A program made the translations under genes and the position numbers. From the human T2T-CHM13v2.0 reference genome, Homo sapiens, in NCBI RefSeq assembly GCF_009914755.1, contig NC_060942.1: a stretch of DNA of 64,000 nt; one strand, 5' to 3'. The notes beneath the pieces were generated by a model. The model was given only the letters and a program-made list of their open reading frames with translations, was not told the origin of the DNA and made no database searches. Shown here piece after piece: positions 60,467 through 64,000 of this stretch (its first letter is position 1; the number at the start of each line of letters is the position of its first letter).

Positions 60467-62868
60467 TAATACAGTTTGGATATTTGTGTCTGCTCAAATC
60501 TCATGTTGAAATGTGATCCCCAGTGTTGGAGGTGAGTCCTGTTGGGAGGTATTTGGATCATGGGGGCAGATCCCTCATGAATGGCTTGGGCCATCCCCTT
60601 GGTGATAAGTGGACTCTCGCTCTGACTTCATATGAGATCTGGTCATTTAAAAGTGTGTGGCACTTTACCCCACATTCTCTCTCTCTCTCTCTTGCTTCTA
60701 CTCCTGCCATGTGAAATGCCCGCTCTCGCTTTACCTGCCCTGATTAAACGCTTCTTGAGGCCTCCCCAGAAACAGATGTTGGCACTATGTTACCTGTACA
60801 GCCTGTAGAATTATGAACCAATTAAAACTCTTTTCTTACAAATTACTCAGTCTCAAGTATTTCTTTATAGCAATGCAAGAACTGCCTAACTCAGCAAATC
60901 AGTACCAAGGAGTGGGGTATTGATATAAAGATGCCTGAAAATGTGGAAGCAACTTTGGAACTGGATAACCGGCAGAGAGGTTAGAAAAGTTTGAAGGACT
61001 AAGAAGAAGACAGGAAGATGAGGGAAAATTTGGAACTCATTAGAGACCGATTAAATGGTTGTAAGCAAAATGCTGATAGTGATGTGGACAAGGAATTCCA
61101 GGCCAAGGAGGTTTCAGATGGAAATGTGGAACTTATTGGGAAATGGAGCAGAGGTTACACATGTTATGCCTTAGCAAAAAACTTGGCTGCATTCTGTTTA
61201 TGTCCTAGAAATCTGTGGAAGTTTGAACTTCAAAATGATGATTTAGGGTATCTGTTAGAATAAATTTCTAAGCAGCAAAGCATTCAAGATGTGACGAGGC
61301 TGCTTCTAACAGCCTAATTCAGATGCAGGAGGAAATAAAGGACCTAACGTTGGAACTTGTGTTTAAAAAGGAAGCAGAGCCTAAAAGTTTGGAAAATTTG
61401 CAGTCTGGCCATATGCCAGAGAAAGAAAAAGCTTTTTGCAGGGAGGAGTTCAAGGAGATTTGCTAGAAAAATTTGCCTAACTGAAAGGGCGCCAAGTGCT
61501 GACAGCCAAGACGTTGGGAAAAAGGCCTTGAAGGCATCTCAGAGATCTCCCAGGCAACCCCTTCCATCACAGGCCCAGAGGCCTAGGAGGGAAGAATGGT
61601 TTTGTGGGCCAGGTACAGGGCCTCCGCCTCCACTGCTCTGCACAGCTTCAGGACACTGCTCCTTGATTCCTGTCCACTCTGGCTCCAGCCTTGGCTCAAA
61701 GGAACCCTGATATAGCTCAGACTGCAGCTTCCTAGGGTGTAAGCTGTAAGCCTTAGTGATATCCACATGGTGTTAAGCCTGTGAGTACACAGAATACAAG
61801 AGTGAAAGAGGCTTGGAATTCTCTACCTAGATTTCATAGGATGTATGAGAAAGCCTAGGTGTCTAAGCAAAAGCCTGCTGCCGGGTCAGAGCCCTCACAG
61901 AGGACATACACTAGATCAGTGCCAAGGTGAAATGTGGGTTTAGATTCCCCACATGGAGTCCCACCAGTGCACAGCCCAGTGAAACTGTGGTAAAGGAATC
62001 ACTCAACAACCTGTGAGAGTAGCCATAGAAGCTGCACTCTGCAAAGCCACAGAGGCAGAGCTGCCCAAAGTCTTGGAAGACCACCACTTGTACCAGTGTG
62101 CCCTGGATGTGGGACATAGAATCAAAGAAAATGATTTTGGAGCTTTAAGATTTAATTACCTCCCTGCTACGTTTCAAATTTGCATGGGCCCTGTAGCACC
62201 TTTCCTTTGGCCAGTTTCTTCTTTTTGGAATGACAATGTTTACCCAATTCCTATACCTCCATTGCATCTTGGAACTAAATAGCTGGTTTTTAATTTTGCA
62301 GACTCATCAATGGAAGGGATTTGCCATGTCTCAGATGAGACTGGATTTTTGAGTTAATGCAGAAATGAGTTAAGACTTTGAGGGACTCTTGGAAAGGCAT
62401 GATTATATTTTGTAATGTGCGAAGGACATGAGCTTCAGGAGGGGCCAGGGTGGAATGATATAGTTTGGATATTTGTCCCCAACAAAATCTTGTTTTGAAT
62501 TGTAATCCCCGATGATGGAGGTAGGGCCTGGTGGGAGGTGTTTGGATCATGGAGGCGGATTCCTCATGGCTCGGTGCTGTCTTTATAATAATGAGTTCTT
62601 GCAAGATCTCGTCATTTAAAAGTGTATAGCTCCTCCCTACCCCACTCTCTCTTTTTCTTGCTCGTGTTCTAGCCATGTGATATGCCTTCTCCCCCTTCAT
62701 CTTTTGCTATGATTGCAAGCTCCTGAGGTCTCCCTAGAAGGGAAGTAGATGTTAGCATTGTGCCTCCTTGAAAAGCTTACAGAACTATGAGCCAATTAAA
62801 CCTCTTTTCTTTGTAAAATTCCCAGTCTCAGGTGTTTCACTATAGCAATGCAAGAATGGACTAACACA
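60467..62868 (+). mobile_element. Two-LTR MST MaLR element: 5' LTR 60467-60893, internal region 60894-62455, 3' LTR 62456-62868
   Basis: Both LTRs start (tg/ta)ata(t/c)agtttggatatttgt and end ctaac(t/a)ca; internal cctgaaaatgtggaagcaactttggaactgg; polypurine tract aggaggggccagggtggaa; degenerate 5-bp flanks agtat/aatac. Confidence 0.92.
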
Positions 62869-62999
62869 AATACACACATAGTTGAATACTTTTTTCAACT
62901 TCTGTACTTTTAACTTTCTAAGTCAACAGTAGCAATTTTGAAACCTCATTTATCTGTAAATATATTCAATAGTAATATTAACATCCACTGCATAATGTA

Positions 63000-63575
63000 T
63001 TATAAGTCAGATCACATCAAACTTCCACTCATGGTCCTTTAGTAGTTTCACAGTTCTGAGTAAAAGCCAATGTCCTCGGGAGGGCTGCAATCTCCTCCAC
63101 GAGCTGATCCTTATTCTCTCTGACTTCATCTTCACCACTCTTGTTTTTGCTTGTGCTGTTCCAATCCCTCTGGACTGTTCCTTCTCTTGGGCCTTGTACA
63201 TACTCCTTCCCCTGATTGCCATGTTCTTCCTGCCCCCAAATATCCACATGGAAGATTCTCACTCCTGTTGGTCTTTACTCAGAAGTCACCTTCTCAGAGA
63301 GGCATTTGCTGAACCCTCAAACACTTCAATGCACCATCCCAAACACTTCATATTTTTTCTTTTGACTTTATTTTTATATACTTAGCTATATCTAAAATGT
63401 AAAGTGTTTTATGTATATATTTTATTGATTATGTGTTAACTACAACCAGAATATTCATTCTGTGAGTCCATGCTTTTTTCTTCTGTTCTTTTCAGTGCTA
63501 GATTCTCTATAATCAAAACACTGCTTAAATTTGAAAAGTAAATTCAAGAATATATAAATAAATAAATATATGAAT
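63000..63575 (+). mobile_element. L2 3' portion
   Basis: agtcagatcaca...gagtaaaagccaa...tcaccttctcagagaggc...aagaatatataaataaataaat. Confidence 0.7.
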
Positions 63576-63825
63576 ACATTTTAGTCCCTTTAAAATTAAA
63601 TTTAAAATTACATGTCATCCCTGCAAGAGGGGCAATACAAAACAAATAAATTTCAAACTATATAAAATAGAATACAGAAAAACAGTCTGCCTTTAAATTC
63701 CTTAACTCTGGACTTTTATGCTTACTCTACTTAATTTTCATCAGTGTTAGTACAAACAATTCTATCCTACAAAATGCTATGTTAAGTGTCTTCCAGAAGG
63801 ACTTTAAAATTTTTAACATCCCTAT

Positions 63826-64000
63826 TGTCTTAGTCCATTCGGGCTGCTAAAAGAAAAACACCATAGACTGGATGGTTTTTAAACAGCAGAGATTTATTTC
63901 TCACAGTACTGGAGACTGGGAAGTCCAAGATCAAGGTGCCAGGAGATTCGTATCTAGTGAGGGCATGCTTCCTGGTATACGGATGGCCTTCTTTTCTCTC
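63826..64000 (-). mobile_element. MaLR LTR (MSTD/MLT1A0-like), cut by the window edge
   Basis: tgtcttagtccattcgggctgcta...ccatagactgg...gagactgggaagtccaagatcaaggtgcc. Confidence 0.85.

Noticed and set aside
61018-62700. Several 60-136 aa ORFs in the MST element
   Set aside because: Decayed MaLR internal and LTR sequence with stops and frameshifts

Overview
Human genomic DNA: an AT-rich, CpG-poor, gene-poor intronic or intergenic stretch. The species call rests on two human-specific retroelements, an L1HS pre-Ta with a 5' inversion (26653-27241) and a 5'-truncated AluYb8 (46600-46819). I recognise no host protein-coding gene, RNA gene or CpG island. The only ORFs matching a known protein are broken LINE-1 ORF2 pieces; the rest are Alu/LTR read-throughs or chance ORFs. 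Much of the window is interspersed repeats: L1 (L1HS, L1PA, old L1M), about a dozen Alus, L2/MIR, MaLR LTRs including a two-LTR MST element, ERV1/ERVL solo LTRs, Tigger/MER44 and hAT MER58/MER5 DNA transposons, and microsatellites. I found no evidence of a new multi-gene system. The most interesting signals are structural: a twin-primed L1HS, an AluYb8 with no adjacent target-site duplication (TSD), an exact 23-bp repeat 1.4 kb apart next to iterated 12-mers, an AluY fragment fused to half an MST LTR beside a palindromic AT tract, triple-nested transposons, and possible non-coding exons and enhancers in unique sequence. Repeat subfamily names come from my recall of consensus sequences and need RepeatMasker/Dfam confirmation.
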